From Vairimorpha necatrix (lineage: Eukaryota), in NCBI GenBank assembly GCA_036630325.1, contig CP142729.1:310001-374000 (forward strand): DNA of 64,000 bases. The letters run 5' to 3'. The notes beneath the pieces were generated by a model. That model was not told the origin of the DNA. It saw only the letters and a program-made list of their open reading frames with translations, and did no database searches. The position numbers and the translations under genes are program-made. Below are positions 11,708-22,243 of the stretch, piece by piece (positions within the stretch are counted from its first letter, which is position 1; each line of letters starts with the position of its first letter).

Positions 11708-12277
11708 GATAAAGGGCAGAATTATAAAATCATTGTGTTATTTTTACATAGACAAGGATATTTGTCAGATATAAGACATTTATAATTCTAAATAGAAACT
11801 ATAATAAGGAATTTTCACATTTAGAATGTTATTACTTTACTTCTCTAATATTCATAATATTACTCAATATACTAGTCTTCCCACTATGTTAAATCAGATT
11901 TGAGTGGTATTTCTTGTAAATTAAAGTACTTTAGATTTATAAATGATTATTCAATAATAATTTTTTACAAATGTATTTTAAAATGTATATGAGTTGCAAG
12001 GTCATAATAACTAAGCTTACTAGTCCATTACCTTAAAAAAGACTTCCCCCCAATAGAAGAAGATAGGGCCTGATTAAAGCCCTAGCAAATCTGAATGACA
12101 TAGGATTTATGTCAACTACAAATCTTCATAATATAATTTCATCTTGTAAAATATAATATTTTTCATATAATTCATGCAGATTTGTCTCTATTTATAGTTT
12201 TCATAAAATGCATAAACAAAAAACAAACAAATTCGAAATAAATACTTTAAAGACTTTTAATTTTTAATTTTATAATT

Positions 12278-15127
12278 CTAAGCTTCAACAACTACACACT
12301 TAATTCTTTCACAAGGATTTTCACATTCTTCTTCTTCACATGAACATTCTTGTTCACATTCCACATCTTCTTCATTATCATCTCCTTCTAAAACAACAGT
12401 AGTAGATACTGGATCATTCTTAGGCGAAGGCGCATTGACTGTTACAGTTTTGTATTCTGTGACTGTGACTGTTTGAGCATCTTGAGTCTTTACAACTACT
12501 TCTGGTGGTAATTGGACAGTAGACATGATAACTTCTGCGGGCATAGTGACTGTATTAGGAGGAAGTTGTAGAGTCTCAGTCAGTGTGGAGTAAACTGTAA
12601 GAGTAACTGTCTCTGTTACTGTTTGAGGAGTGGCTGTGACTGTCTTGGTAATTATGGCAGAGGGATGTTTATTTATCTTCGGAGTGCATTTGTTTTTAAC
12701 TTTGACTCTTAGTGTCTGGACAGAAGGTTCTTCACATGTTTCTGGGATTTGTACTGTTGGACTCACTTTTTGTTCAGGAGTAGGCTGAGATGGATGCGCT
12801 TCTTCAGTCAATCCTTGAGAAGGTTCTGGAGCTGGGCCATTTTGACCGCCTGCTTGTGGTTCAGTAGGAGAGACTGATTGGGCTTCACCTCCAGCGCCAC
12901 CCGCATCACTTGCGCCGCCTGCTGCACTTTGAGGTCCACCTGCGCCACCAGCTCCGCCTGCACTTTGAGGTCCACCTGCGCCACCAGCTCCGCCTGCACT
13001 TTGAGGTCCACCAGCTCCGCCAGCTCCACCAGCGCTTTGAGGGCCACCAGCCCCGCCTGCACTTTGGGGTCCACCTGCACTTTGGGGTCCACCTGCACTT
13101 TGAGGTCCGCCTGCACCACCTGCTGCACTTTGAGGTCCACCTGCGCCACCAACTCCGCCAGCGCCGCCTGCACTTTGAGGGCCACCAGCTCCGCCTGCTG
13201 CACTTTGAGGTCCACCTGCGCCACCAACTCCGCCAGCGCCGCCTGCACTTTGAGGGCCACCAGCTCCGCCTGCACTTTGGGGTCCACCTGCACCGCCTGC
13301 ACTTTGGGGTCCACCTGCACCGCCTGCTGCACTTAGAGGTCCACCTGCGCCACCACCTACGCTCTTTTGTCCGCCTGCACTCTGAGGTCCTCCAGCTGCA
13401 CTTTGGGGCCCACTTACTGCTGATTCTTTCTTATCACAGACTTTATTCAAAGTATCAACTTGTTTTTTCACTGTTTCTTCATCAACACTCTTATCTTGAT
13501 AAACTCCCACATCTGTAAGCTTGCCTTTCTCAGGTATCTCTTCATTCTTACATGAACAATCTTGTCCTACAAACAAGCCCGATGAATCCTTTATCACTCC
13601 ATTTTCTTCTTTCATCTTGATTTTACCACTATAATCAGTGTACTCGCCTTTTTCATTTTTACTACACAACACTTTGTCAATCTTCTTGCATTCCTGGCAT
13701 TCTTTTAATACATTTTCTACTGTTGAAGAATCAATCTTTACTGCTGACTCGATTTTCGCGTCTGTTTCTTTTGTACCTGGAGATGGTTCTTTGCCTACTG
13801 CTGATGATAAAGCAGATTGACTTTTTGCAATAGAAGAAGCAGGTGCTTTACTAGATGAACTTGAGACGAATGAAACTAATGGAGTGCTCATTGATGCACT
13901 GGATACGAATGAAACTAGTGGACTGCTCATAGATGCACTCGAAAGAGGTAAAGAAGAGCTTTGAGCCATAGAAGATTGTGAAGCCGACATAGACTGTGAA
14001 GCCGAAATTGGAATGGATTGAGAAGCAGAAACCGACATAGATTGAGAAGCAGAGGCTGGTACAGATTGGGAAGCAGACTGGGTCTGAGAAGCTGTTTTTG
14101 ATTGTGAGGCTGATTGTGTCTGAGAAGCCGTTTTTGATTGAGCCGCAGTACTCGCTCCCTCTGATTTTTGAGATACAGATTTTTTATCTTTTTCTTCTAT
14201 CTTTTTATCTTTATCCGCCTTTTCTTTCTCTTTCTTTTTGTCTTCTTTCTCTTTCTGTTTCTTCTCTTCTTCTTTCTTAGGCGCTTCCTCGGCTTTCTTC
14301 TTCTCTTTCTCCGCTTTTTCTTTTTCTGTCTCTTTCTTTTTGTCCTCTTTCTCTTTCTGTTTCTTCTCTTCTTCTTTCTTAGGCGCTTCCTCAGCTTTCT
14401 TCTTCTCTTTCTCAGCTTTTTCTTTTTCCTTCTCTTTTTCTTTCTCCGCTTTTTCTTTTTCTTTCCGTTTCTTCTCTTCTTCTTTCTTAGGCGCTTCTTC
14501 CGCTTTCTTCTTTTCTTTCTCAGCTTTTTTCTCTTCTTTTTCTTTCTCTTTCTGTTTTTTTTGTACTTCTTTCTCAGCTTTCTTCTCTTCTCTTTGTTGC
14601 TCCTTTTGTTTTTTCTGTTCTTCTTTCTTAGGCGCTTCTTCAGCTTTCTTCTTTTCTTTCTCAGCTTTCTTTTCTTCTTTCTTTTGTTCTTTCTGCTGTT
14701 TCTGTTCTTCTTTCTTAGGTGCTTGTTCAGCTTTCTTTTGTTCTTTTTCTTCTTTCTTTTGTTCTTTTTGTTGTTTCTGTTCTTCTTTCTTAGGTGCTTG
14801 TTCAGCTTTCTTTTCTTCTTTCTTTTGTTCAGCTTGTTTCGGTGCTGCTTCGCCACCCGGTTCTTGTTTTGTATCTCCACCTTTCAAGTTCGATACTATA
14901 GGTGTTACACCTATCATGTTAGAGTTTTTCAGTTTATTTACTTGGAATTTCTTGATGGTATCATTTTTCTTTAAGTTTATTGTCTTTGCTTGTTTAAATA
15001 TCTCGTCTATAAGTTGTTGTCCATTTTTAAATTCTTTTAAGTTTAGGTAGAATGTCTTTTCAGTTAGAATGTTTGTAATTAATAGGAGTAGGAATAAAAG
15101 TCTGTTGGTGTTTTTATACATTCTCAT
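12278..15127 (-). CDS. large secreted multi-repeat protein (K/E-rich, S/Q-rich, GGAGGPQSA repeats, TVT repeats, Cys/Glu tail); candidate spore wall/polar tube-like structural protein
   Basis: ORF track 12278..15172 starts at TTG; first ATGs are 15127/15121, followed by hydrophobic LLFLLLLITNIL; ~16 GPQSA repeats at ~12900-13410; AEEAPKKEEEK repeats. Confidence 0.8.
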   Translation of the reverse strand: MRMYKNTNRLLFLLLLITNILTEKTFYLNLKEFKNGQQLIDEIFKQAKTINLKKNDTIKKFQVNKLKNSNMIGVTPIVSNLKGGDTKQEPGGEAAPKQAEQKKEEKKAEQAPKKEEQKQQKEQKKEEKEQKKAEQAPKKEEQKQQKEQKKEEKKAEKEKKKAEEAPKKEEQKKQKEQQREEKKAEKEVQKKQKEKEKEEKKAEKEKKKAEEAPKKEEEKKRKEKEKAEKEKEKEKEKAEKEKKKAEEAPKKEEEKKQKEKEDKKKETEKEKAEKEKKKAEEAPKKEEEKKQKEKEDKKKEKEKADKDKKIEEKDKKSVSQKSEGASTAAQSKTASQTQSASQSKTASQTQSASQSVPASASQSMSVSASQSIPISASQSMSASQSSMAQSSSLPLSSASMSSPLVSFVSSASMSTPLVSFVSSSSSKAPASSIAKSQSALSSAVGKEPSPGTKETDAKIESAVKIDSSTVENVLKECQECKKIDKVLCSKNEKGEYTDYSGKIKMKEENGVIKDSSGLFVGQDCSCKNEEIPEKGKLTDVGVYQDKSVDEETVKKQVDTLNKVCDKKESAVSGPQSAAGGPQSAGGQKSVGGGAGGPLSAAGGAGGPQSAGGAGGPQSAGGAGGPQSAGGAGGVGGAGGPQSAAGGAGGPQSAGGAGGVGGAGGPQSAAGGAGGPQSAGGPQSAGGPQSAGGAGGPQSAGGAGGAGGPQSAGGAGGAGGPQSAGGAGGAGGPQSAAGGASDAGGAGGEAQSVSPTEPQAGGQNGPAPEPSQGLTEEAHPSQPTPEQKVSPTVQIPETCEEPSVQTLRVKVKNKCTPKINKHPSAIITKTVTATPQTVTETVTLTVYSTLTETLQLPPNTVTMPAEVIMSTVQLPPEVVVKTQDAQTVTVTEYKTVTVNAPSPKNDPVSTTVVLEGDDNEEDVECEQECSCEEEECENPCERIKCVVVEA

Positions 15128-15766
15128 TGTTATTTTTGTTATGATAGAGAATATATTTTTAATATGTTTCAAGATTATTTATTTGATACAATGTTACAAA
15201 ATATATTATAAAAAAAATAACTAAGGAAGATATTACATAATATAAAACATGTAGAAACAGCTTATTATATAGTTTTTATATATTTAAAGCATTCAATAAA
15301 AGTTAAATATTTTTTTCATTTGATTTTTTTTAGGGTTTGATATTTTTCCAATTCAATATAGTTTAAAATTAATAATTTTAAAAGACACGGTTTTTTATAA
15401 GTTTTAGTAGTTTTTTTTATTAAAAAAGTTTATTTTTATATTTTGTGTAAAATATCTAAGTAGATCACGTTTTTTTTTAATATGGCTATTCAACATATAA
15501 ATCAGGAGATTTGTTTATGTTTTTTACATATACACCAGTTCTTGTTTTTTAGAATATTTTTGATATACTGTTATTTTTTTAACATTTTGTTTTTAATATA
15601 TGTAAAAATTTTTATCGTTTTTAATATTGACTTTTATTTTTAGAATATGCCTTTTTTCCTAGCTATAGAAGCTTTCGATCTAATCGTACTTAATTTAAAT
15701 TTAAACTTAATTATTTATAATGCACAGTTCTTAATTTAATTATAGCGTTAAGCTTTAGTCTACTGT

Positions 15767-18700
15767 TTAAAAATTTTTTATTATTTTTCTAGTGTATTTT
15801 GGTACCAAAAAACATGCTATTCCACTCATTAATATTCCCAATCCTATAATTCCCATTTCTTTATTATCAATACGCTCAAATAAATATTTACTCAAAACCC
15901 AATTTATAAATTCATTATCCACCCAATTTAGTATTAATAATAAGATATTAAATATTAAAAATAATCCCGATATTTTTATAATTCGTCTATTTTGATATAT
16001 ACTTTCTCTATGTGGTACTGCGTCACTAAAATACAGTCCATTAAACACAGATTGACATGCACTTATAAAGAACACGATTGTACCCGCTTTAGATTTCTCA
16101 GTTATCTCATCAGACCCAGGGCCATACATAGATAAATAGAATATTATTAGAGATTGGGATATTAGACTTACACAAAAAGGAATATATTCTTTATAATCGA
16201 ATAAAGAGATATTAGGAGGAGATTTGTATAATTTATCGTTCATATTAAAATTTGGTATGATGAGCATCATAGGGACAATTATGAAGATGTCTATGTGTAG
16301 AGTCTGGAAGTCACTCAGGAATAAATTCCTGAGGACTAAGAAGCCTAAGCAGAAGAAAGCGAGTAAATAAGTCATAGAGACATATTTGAAAAGTGAAATA
16401 GACGAGACATACGCATTTCTACATTCTTTGATTAGTAAAGGGACAGATTTGATATTTGAGGCGCAGAAACTTGACGCCAAACTCGCCTCGTTATGAGCCA
16501 AGGCAATGCCCACGTCTGCAGTGGCGATAGCCCCACTGTCATTTGCCCCATCTCCACAGAACAAGATTTTATTTTTATTCCTTAAATCTTCCACTAGACT
16601 TTTCTTCTGCGCAGGATTAAACCTGGCGAATATTTTGCCTTTTTCCAATATAAAATTGAAATAATTTGTATTTTTGAAATATTCATATTCTTTCCCTTCA
16701 CATGCGACGACGAAGTCATCGCAGTACGTGTCATAATTATTTTTATATAAAAGAAGTCTGACTTTATCGAAGACAAGGTCTTCGTCACTTAGACACACCC
16801 AGTCTACGTCATAAATAGATGTACATTTCTCTGGGAGTACAGGGAAGATGACAGTAGGATTGTCTATAATTCCACTTTCTCTTCCTACAGAAATGGCAGT
16901 CAGGATGTTGTCCCCTGTACAAATCAAGGGGTTAATATTTGCCTGGTTTAATTCAGTGATGACCGATTTTGACTCAGGTTTAAGTTTATTTGAGAAGACG
17001 ACCAGGCCTAAGAAAAGTAAATCTTTTTCGCATTCTTCTTGTGTGCCTATTTCTTTGATTTCTTTGTATGCCAAGGATATGACCCTGTGGCCTACGAGGG
17101 AATGTTCTTTGACTTTCAAGTCGTAGTTTTCTGGGATTATTTTTAGTAGATTTTTTATTTTATCAGGGGATCCCTTTGTGAAGATGTATTTTTTTGTATT
17201 ATTTTTCACTATGACGCTCATTCTTTTTGCCTCTGAAGAGAAGTCGAATGTTCTCAAAATTTGCACGCAATTTGAGTCTTCAAATTTAAATGCATCTCTA
17301 AATATGTTTAATTCGTCATTGAATTCATCTTTATTAAATCCATCTCTACATTCATCTTTACATGCATCTTTACAAACATCTTTACATGCATCTCTATATA
17401 TGTTTAATTTGTCATCCCCATGTAGATTTAGTTCATTTTCCCCATGTAGATTTATTTCTTCTCTATTAAATTTCATATCTTCTTTTATAGTATAAAATAA
17501 CTTGTCATGATTTTTATCTTTCTCTTTTAAAAAGGGCCCTGTTATATTTTCATATCTCCCCATTATTATCTCCCTCATACACTCTTTTTCATTCTTCATT
17601 ACTAATCTGGACTCTGACAATATAAACATTTGTATATCCAAATTATCTCCACAATATTTCCCATCTAATTCATAAACAGAATGACAAGAACTAAATCCCA
17701 TCCTTGACATTCTACTAATATTTCTTATACTAGATGTCTTCATATTTAAATCATCAAAATATAGAAACTCTAGTCCTTCACTCGTCAGTGTACCTGTTTT
17801 ATCAAATATTGCCATATTAATATTTCCTGATAGAAATATTCTGTCTGTGTTGTTACACTTAATTTTGTAATTTGATAATTTTCTATTTGCGACTTGTGTG
17901 CCCACTTTAAGAGAAGCGTATAAAGCGGGACTGGCCAGAGTGAAGAGTAAGTCTAAGCTGTAGATGAAGTTTGAGAAGGGAGACCAGTTTAAAATGAAGT
18001 GGAAGTAGAAGCAGTAGAAGATGGTAAAAGATATTGCCAGGATTATAGTGTAGAAAATGTAAGACATGGCTTCTGAGAGAAAAGGAATGTAGACTGGTTT
18101 TGGGTTTATGATGTCTTTCATTATTCTGCCTCTAGCAGTATTAAATCCTGTTCCTACTACGACCCCAACAGCGTAGTCTTCTTCATCTTTAAATCGATTT
18201 TCTTCATCTTTAATATTTATTTTATTTATGAATTCATCTTTGTTATTTATTTTATTTATGCATTCATCTTTGGTTTTATTCATGCAGTCTTCTTCATCTT
18301 TAAATCGATTTTCTTCATCTTTGTTATTTTTGGTTTTATTTATGAATTCATCTTTGGTTTTATTCATGCTGTTTATTTTTCTTTTATTAAGATTTTCCTT
18401 ATAATATTTATCATTTATCTTTTTATTATGATTATCTTTATTAAGATCATTTTCCTTATTAAGATCATTTATCTTTTTATTAAGATCATTTATCTTTTTA
18501 TTTTGATTATTCGTTAGGTTCTTCACTCGGTAAAGTGAATTAATCTTCGTATTTTCTAGTCCTTTAAAATCCCCCACACTTCTTAAAACTGATGTCCCAC
18601 TATACAAAATCGACCCTTGACTCGCACTCTTACAAATGGGCACACTTTCCCCAGTCAAAAAACTTTCATCTGTTATACAATCCCCTTTCAAAATCTTTAT

Positions 18701-19483
18701 ATCAGCACAAAGTTCTTCACTAGGTCTTATTATTACCAAATCTCCAGGAAATAAATTCAAAGAATTTATTTCCTGAAATTTCCCATTTCTAAAAACTTTA
18801 ATTTTACTAAATTTCTGAGATTTCTCCATTTCTTGTTTATGCTTAAAATCTAAATAATTTTCTAAAAAATAAGAATATGTTCTAAATAAGCCTATTACTG
18901 AACCATAAGTTTTATATTCAATATTAAACCATAAGATTATACAAAGAATATCTATTAAATTACTAATACTGTAAGTATTAGTAAGTAATATTTGGAAATA
19001 TGAAGGAAGTTGTAAATTACTAATGTTTTTACCATAAAAAATCTCTTTTTCTTGGAGATCTAAAAATTCTTCATTTATGCTAAGTTTCAATTTTTTTGAA
19101 TATATATTTTCGAAATTGTCAGTTTGTTTGTTAGACAAACAAACTACGAATTTATCAGAAATATAATCATAAATAAATCTAGAGTATTTTGTATCAAGTA
19201 TTCTTACAATATTATCTTTTACAAATCTATTTTTATTATTAAGTTCAGTTTTATATTTTATAATTTTTTGTATTTCTAAATTTTTAAATTTATTAGTAAT
19301 TATTATTATTTCTGCTTCATTTAGATTTGATTTTTTAGTAGTTAGAAATATTTTGATTTTTGGGTTATATTTGCAGATCATGTATAAGAAGCCCAAGGAG
19401 ATTATACATAAGAAGTTGTAGAAGGAAGAAAGAAGAGTCTTCTTTCTTCCTTCTATGTCTATAAATGAATCTTTATTTCTCAT
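15767..19483 (-). CDS. P5(B)-type P-type ATPase (Ypk9/ATP13A-like), paralog 1
   Basis: DESFLTGES, FDKTGTLT, KGSPD, TGDNILTA, FARFNPAQK and CGDGAND motifs; multiple TM helices; N/K/D-rich repeat insertions. Confidence 0.92.
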   Translation of the reverse strand: MRNKDSFIDIEGRKKTLLSSFYNFLCIISLGFLYMICKYNPKIKIFLTTKKSNLNEAEIIIITNKFKNLEIQKIIKYKTELNNKNRFVKDNIVRILDTKYSRFIYDYISDKFVVCLSNKQTDNFENIYSKKLKLSINEEFLDLQEKEIFYGKNISNLQLPSYFQILLTNTYSISNLIDILCIILWFNIEYKTYGSVIGLFRTYSYFLENYLDFKHKQEMEKSQKFSKIKVFRNGKFQEINSLNLFPGDLVIIRPSEELCADIKILKGDCITDESFLTGESVPICKSASQGSILYSGTSVLRSVGDFKGLENTKINSLYRVKNLTNNQNKKINDLNKKINDLNKENDLNKDNHNKKINDKYYKENLNKRKINSMNKTKDEFINKTKNNKDEENRFKDEEDCMNKTKDECINKINNKDEFINKINIKDEENRFKDEEDYAVGVVVGTGFNTARGRIMKDIINPKPVYIPFLSEAMSYIFYTIILAISFTIFYCFYFHFILNWSPFSNFIYSLDLLFTLASPALYASLKVGTQVANRKLSNYKIKCNNTDRIFLSGNINMAIFDKTGTLTSEGLEFLYFDDLNMKTSSIRNISRMSRMGFSSCHSVYELDGKYCGDNLDIQMFILSESRLVMKNEKECMREIIMGRYENITGPFLKEKDKNHDKLFYTIKEDMKFNREEINLHGENELNLHGDDKLNIYRDACKDVCKDACKDECRDGFNKDEFNDELNIFRDAFKFEDSNCVQILRTFDFSSEAKRMSVIVKNNTKKYIFTKGSPDKIKNLLKIIPENYDLKVKEHSLVGHRVISLAYKEIKEIGTQEECEKDLLFLGLVVFSNKLKPESKSVITELNQANINPLICTGDNILTAISVGRESGIIDNPTVIFPVLPEKCTSIYDVDWVCLSDEDLVFDKVRLLLYKNNYDTYCDDFVVACEGKEYEYFKNTNYFNFILEKGKIFARFNPAQKKSLVEDLRNKNKILFCGDGANDSGAIATADVGIALAHNEASLASSFCASNIKSVPLLIKECRNAYVSSISLFKYVSMTYLLAFFCLGFLVLRNLFLSDFQTLHIDIFIIVPMMLIIPNFNMNDKLYKSPPNISLFDYKEYIPFCVSLISQSLIIFYLSMYGPGSDEITEKSKAGTIVFFISACQSVFNGLYFSDAVPHRESIYQNRRIIKISGLFLIFNILLLILNWVDNEFINWVLSKYLFERIDNKEMGIIGLGILMSGIACFLVPKYTRKIIKNF

Positions 19484-19922
19484 TAAGGGTAAAAAAATGT
19501 AAAAATTTTAAGATGCATTTTAAGATGCATTTTAAGATGCCTTTTTAACTTACATTTTAACTTGCATCTTTAACTTGCATTTTTAAGATGCTTTTTAACT
19601 CGCTTTTTAAAATGTATTGTCTCTTTACAGATCTTGATTTTATTTTAAAAATCTTGATTGTATCAAATATTAAAGGGGTATTTCCCCTTTTTAACTTATA
19701 AAAAGATCAATAATATTTGCTATTATTATATAGACTATGTCTATTATATGTCAAAAGATTAAATATTTTATTACATTTAAATTTATTTCAATTTTGTTTG
19801 TTTCCGTTGAAAAAGTAATGACGTGTCCAAATCAATGTATCATTCTAAATTAAATATATCATAGAATATATCTTTTTATATATATGATATATATCTTTTT
19901 TTATATATAGTATGTTTTTTTT

Positions 19923-20591
19923 TCATTTCATTAAATACTTACAATATTCTAATAATTCTATATTTTCTTCACATCTATTCTGTAATATATCTTCCAGTCT
20001 CTTTATTTTACTCTCTAATTTCTCTTTTTCTTCTCTTTCTTGATTATTTTGTCTCTCCAGTCTTCTTATTTCTTCTCTCATGTTTTCCATTTCACTCTGC
20101 GCTATACATTTAAATGCGTCAGATCTCTGTTCTGACTCAAAGAGATCTTTCTTTAGTGCTTTTATATGACTTTTAAGTCTCAGTTCTGTAGATCTCAGTC
20201 TGTCTAAGTCATTATCTTCTATAATATTATTATTTATATGTTGACTATTAGTCAAGAGTGTTAGAGTTTTGTCGTAGTCATTTCTCAGTCTAGTGTATTC
20301 CCTTTCTTTGATTTTGTAGTTATTATTCTGCATCCTTGAGAAAGATAATTCGCTTAGTACTCTGTCATAGTCAGATTTCTTAATAATAATTGTCTCATCG
20401 CAGACATTATCCTTACTCCATTCCAGAGAGGTGTCATTAGTTTTAGATGTATCATCTTTCAATGATGTATCATCTTTATAAGTTTTTATGTCATTTAGTT
20501 CTATGTCATCTGATGATGAATTAAATATCATAGTAGACATGTTACTTAAGGAATCTGAGATATATTTGACAATCTTCTTAGAGCTCTCCAT
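19923..20591 (-). CDS. coiled-coil protein with TACC-like C-terminus (spindle/microtubule-associated)
   Basis: ATG 20591 follows ccccc. ELRLKSHI...ESEQRSDAFKCIAQSEM and the terminal EENIELLEYCKYLM resemble TACC-domain signatures (EQRYQALKxHA; ENEELTxICDxLI). Confidence 0.55.
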   Translation of the reverse strand: MESSKKIVKYISDSLSNMSTMIFNSSSDDIELNDIKTYKDDTSLKDDTSKTNDTSLEWSKDNVCDETIIIKKSDYDRVLSELSFSRMQNNNYKIKEREYTRLRNDYDKTLTLLTNSQHINNNIIEDNDLDRLRSTELRLKSHIKALKKDLFESEQRSDAFKCIAQSEMENMREEIRRLERQNNQEREEKEKLESKIKRLEDILQNRCEENIELLEYCKYLMK

Positions 20592-20766
20592 GGGGGCCAA
20601 AAAAAGTCAAGAAAAATAAAGACATATAAATATTTATTGTATTACAATACATATTTAATATACAATATATTATACTAATACATAATATTGTACAATATAA
20701 TATTATAATTATATTATATATTATATATATATTTTATTATATATTTTTATTATATATTAGTTTGGT

Positions 20767-21177
20767 TTATCTTATCTTTATTTCTATGTCTTCATATTCC
20801 TCAATTATGTTCTTTATCCATCTTATTACTCTCATCCCCCGTATTATTATGTCATAATACACTTTCTTAATATCAAACATCCACAAATGTCCATTATTCT
20901 TATTTCTAAGGCATAACTTACAAGGCACTAAGATATTATACCCGAGGACTATAAGACACTTAATACATATAATATTAGAAATAAGACATGTACAAGAGCG
21001 GGTAGTATAAGTAGACCCAGATCTCCTTACATTACTAGTGGGATAATTAGTAGAGAAGAGCTTGATCTTACTATTAGAAATCAAGACAGATTTCATAGAC
21101 TTAAAAGAAAGATATTTACAACAAGATCTACATTTTAAGGAATAAACATATTTAAAACTAGACTTATTATATTTCAT
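20767..21177 (-). CDS. FAM72 family Cys-rich protein
   Basis: VYSLKCRSCCKYLS..SMKSVLI.N.KIKLFSTN.P ... CTCLISNIICIKC..VLGYNILVPCKLCL..KNNGHLWMF aligns motif by motif with FAM72; start at 21177 or 21225. Confidence 0.88.
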   Translation of the reverse strand: MKYNKSSFKYVYSLKCRSCCKYLSFKSMKSVLISNSKIKLFSTNYPTSNVRRSGSTYTTRSCTCLISNIICIKCLIVLGYNILVPCKLCLRNKNNGHLWMFDIKKVYYDIIIRGMRVIRWIKNIIEEYEDIEIKIR

Positions 21178-21429
21178 ACTAGAAAAAAAAAGAAGCAAAT
21201 ATTTATAATAAAATAAAATTATCATAAAATATTATTAGAATATTATTATTAGTAAATATTATTAGAATATAAAATTAGAAAATATTAATACTATGTAATG
21301 TGCAGGATAATTTATGATACAAAATCTAATTTATATTTTTTTAAGTAAATTTTTTTAAGTAAATTTTTTAGAGTAAATTTATTTAAGGTTATTTAAAAAT
21401 AGCATAAAAAAGTTTAATCCAAAGGGATG

Positions 21430-22150
21430 GACTTACTATGTCGAGAATGAAAAAACAAGAACACAAACCTGATCATATATATGAGACGGAGTGGTGACCA
21501 AATATCACAGAAAGTACATCAAAAAGAGGGATATAATAAAATCAAGTCTAATGAGGAAGCCATGGGGAGGATTTGAAAACACCCTCTCTTTTAATGAGAG
21601 GCGGAGAAGGCGAAAATAAAGCATAATAACACCACATCTAAAAAGACAGAGTGGCCAGACATATTAAGAAATATATAAGAAAAATTAACTCTATATAAAC
21701 AGGGCTAAAGGCATGTTAAAATAATCCCCCACGCTGGACTACAAGAGTGAGATCTCTTTATAGATCAATACTCTAAAAAACAAAGCTTCAAATAAAGAAC
21801 AGTATGCCAGAAATTGAGCCTAACCTTTTCAATATAAAAAGGTAAATAATTAAACTCTAGTAAACGAAAAGTTAAGAAAGTATGATGTCTTTGCAACGAA
21901 CTGGGCTTAATATATAGTTTTAAAACAGAAATAATTCCCTACGTAATCACTTGGGGCGGTATAGTGACTAAGTTCCACAAATCATATACCACAAACTTGG
22001 CATCCCTAAGAAGGTAGAAGCGCACATCCAGATGATCACGCTAAAGAAGACTCTAGAAAGCATTTCTCTGGACTACCGAAGCCGATGTGGAAAAGACTAT
22101 GGAAACGAGAAGCTACCTACAAGCAGGAGACGCTAACGCGGAACCTATCC
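21430..22150 (+). pseudogene. degenerate 3' part of a non-LTR retrotransposon (restriction-like endonuclease clade)
   Basis: Broken frames give EKLRKYDVFA.ELGLIY, EIIPYVITWGGIVTKFHKSY and HIQMITLKKTLESISLDYR, typical of microsporidian LINE C-termini; multiple stops and frameshifts. Confidence 0.7.
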
Positions 22151-22243
22151 TTGTTAAACTATAAATATAAACTACAATAAGGATACCCTAATTAAATTCA
22201 TTTACTTACTACATTACAAATATATAATTAGATAGTGGATAAT

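Noticed and set aside
12808-15050. Several overlapping ORFs (His/Arg-, Phe- and Lys/Arg-rich) in alternative frames
   Set aside because: Stop-free frames produced by tandem repeats of the 12278..15127 gene
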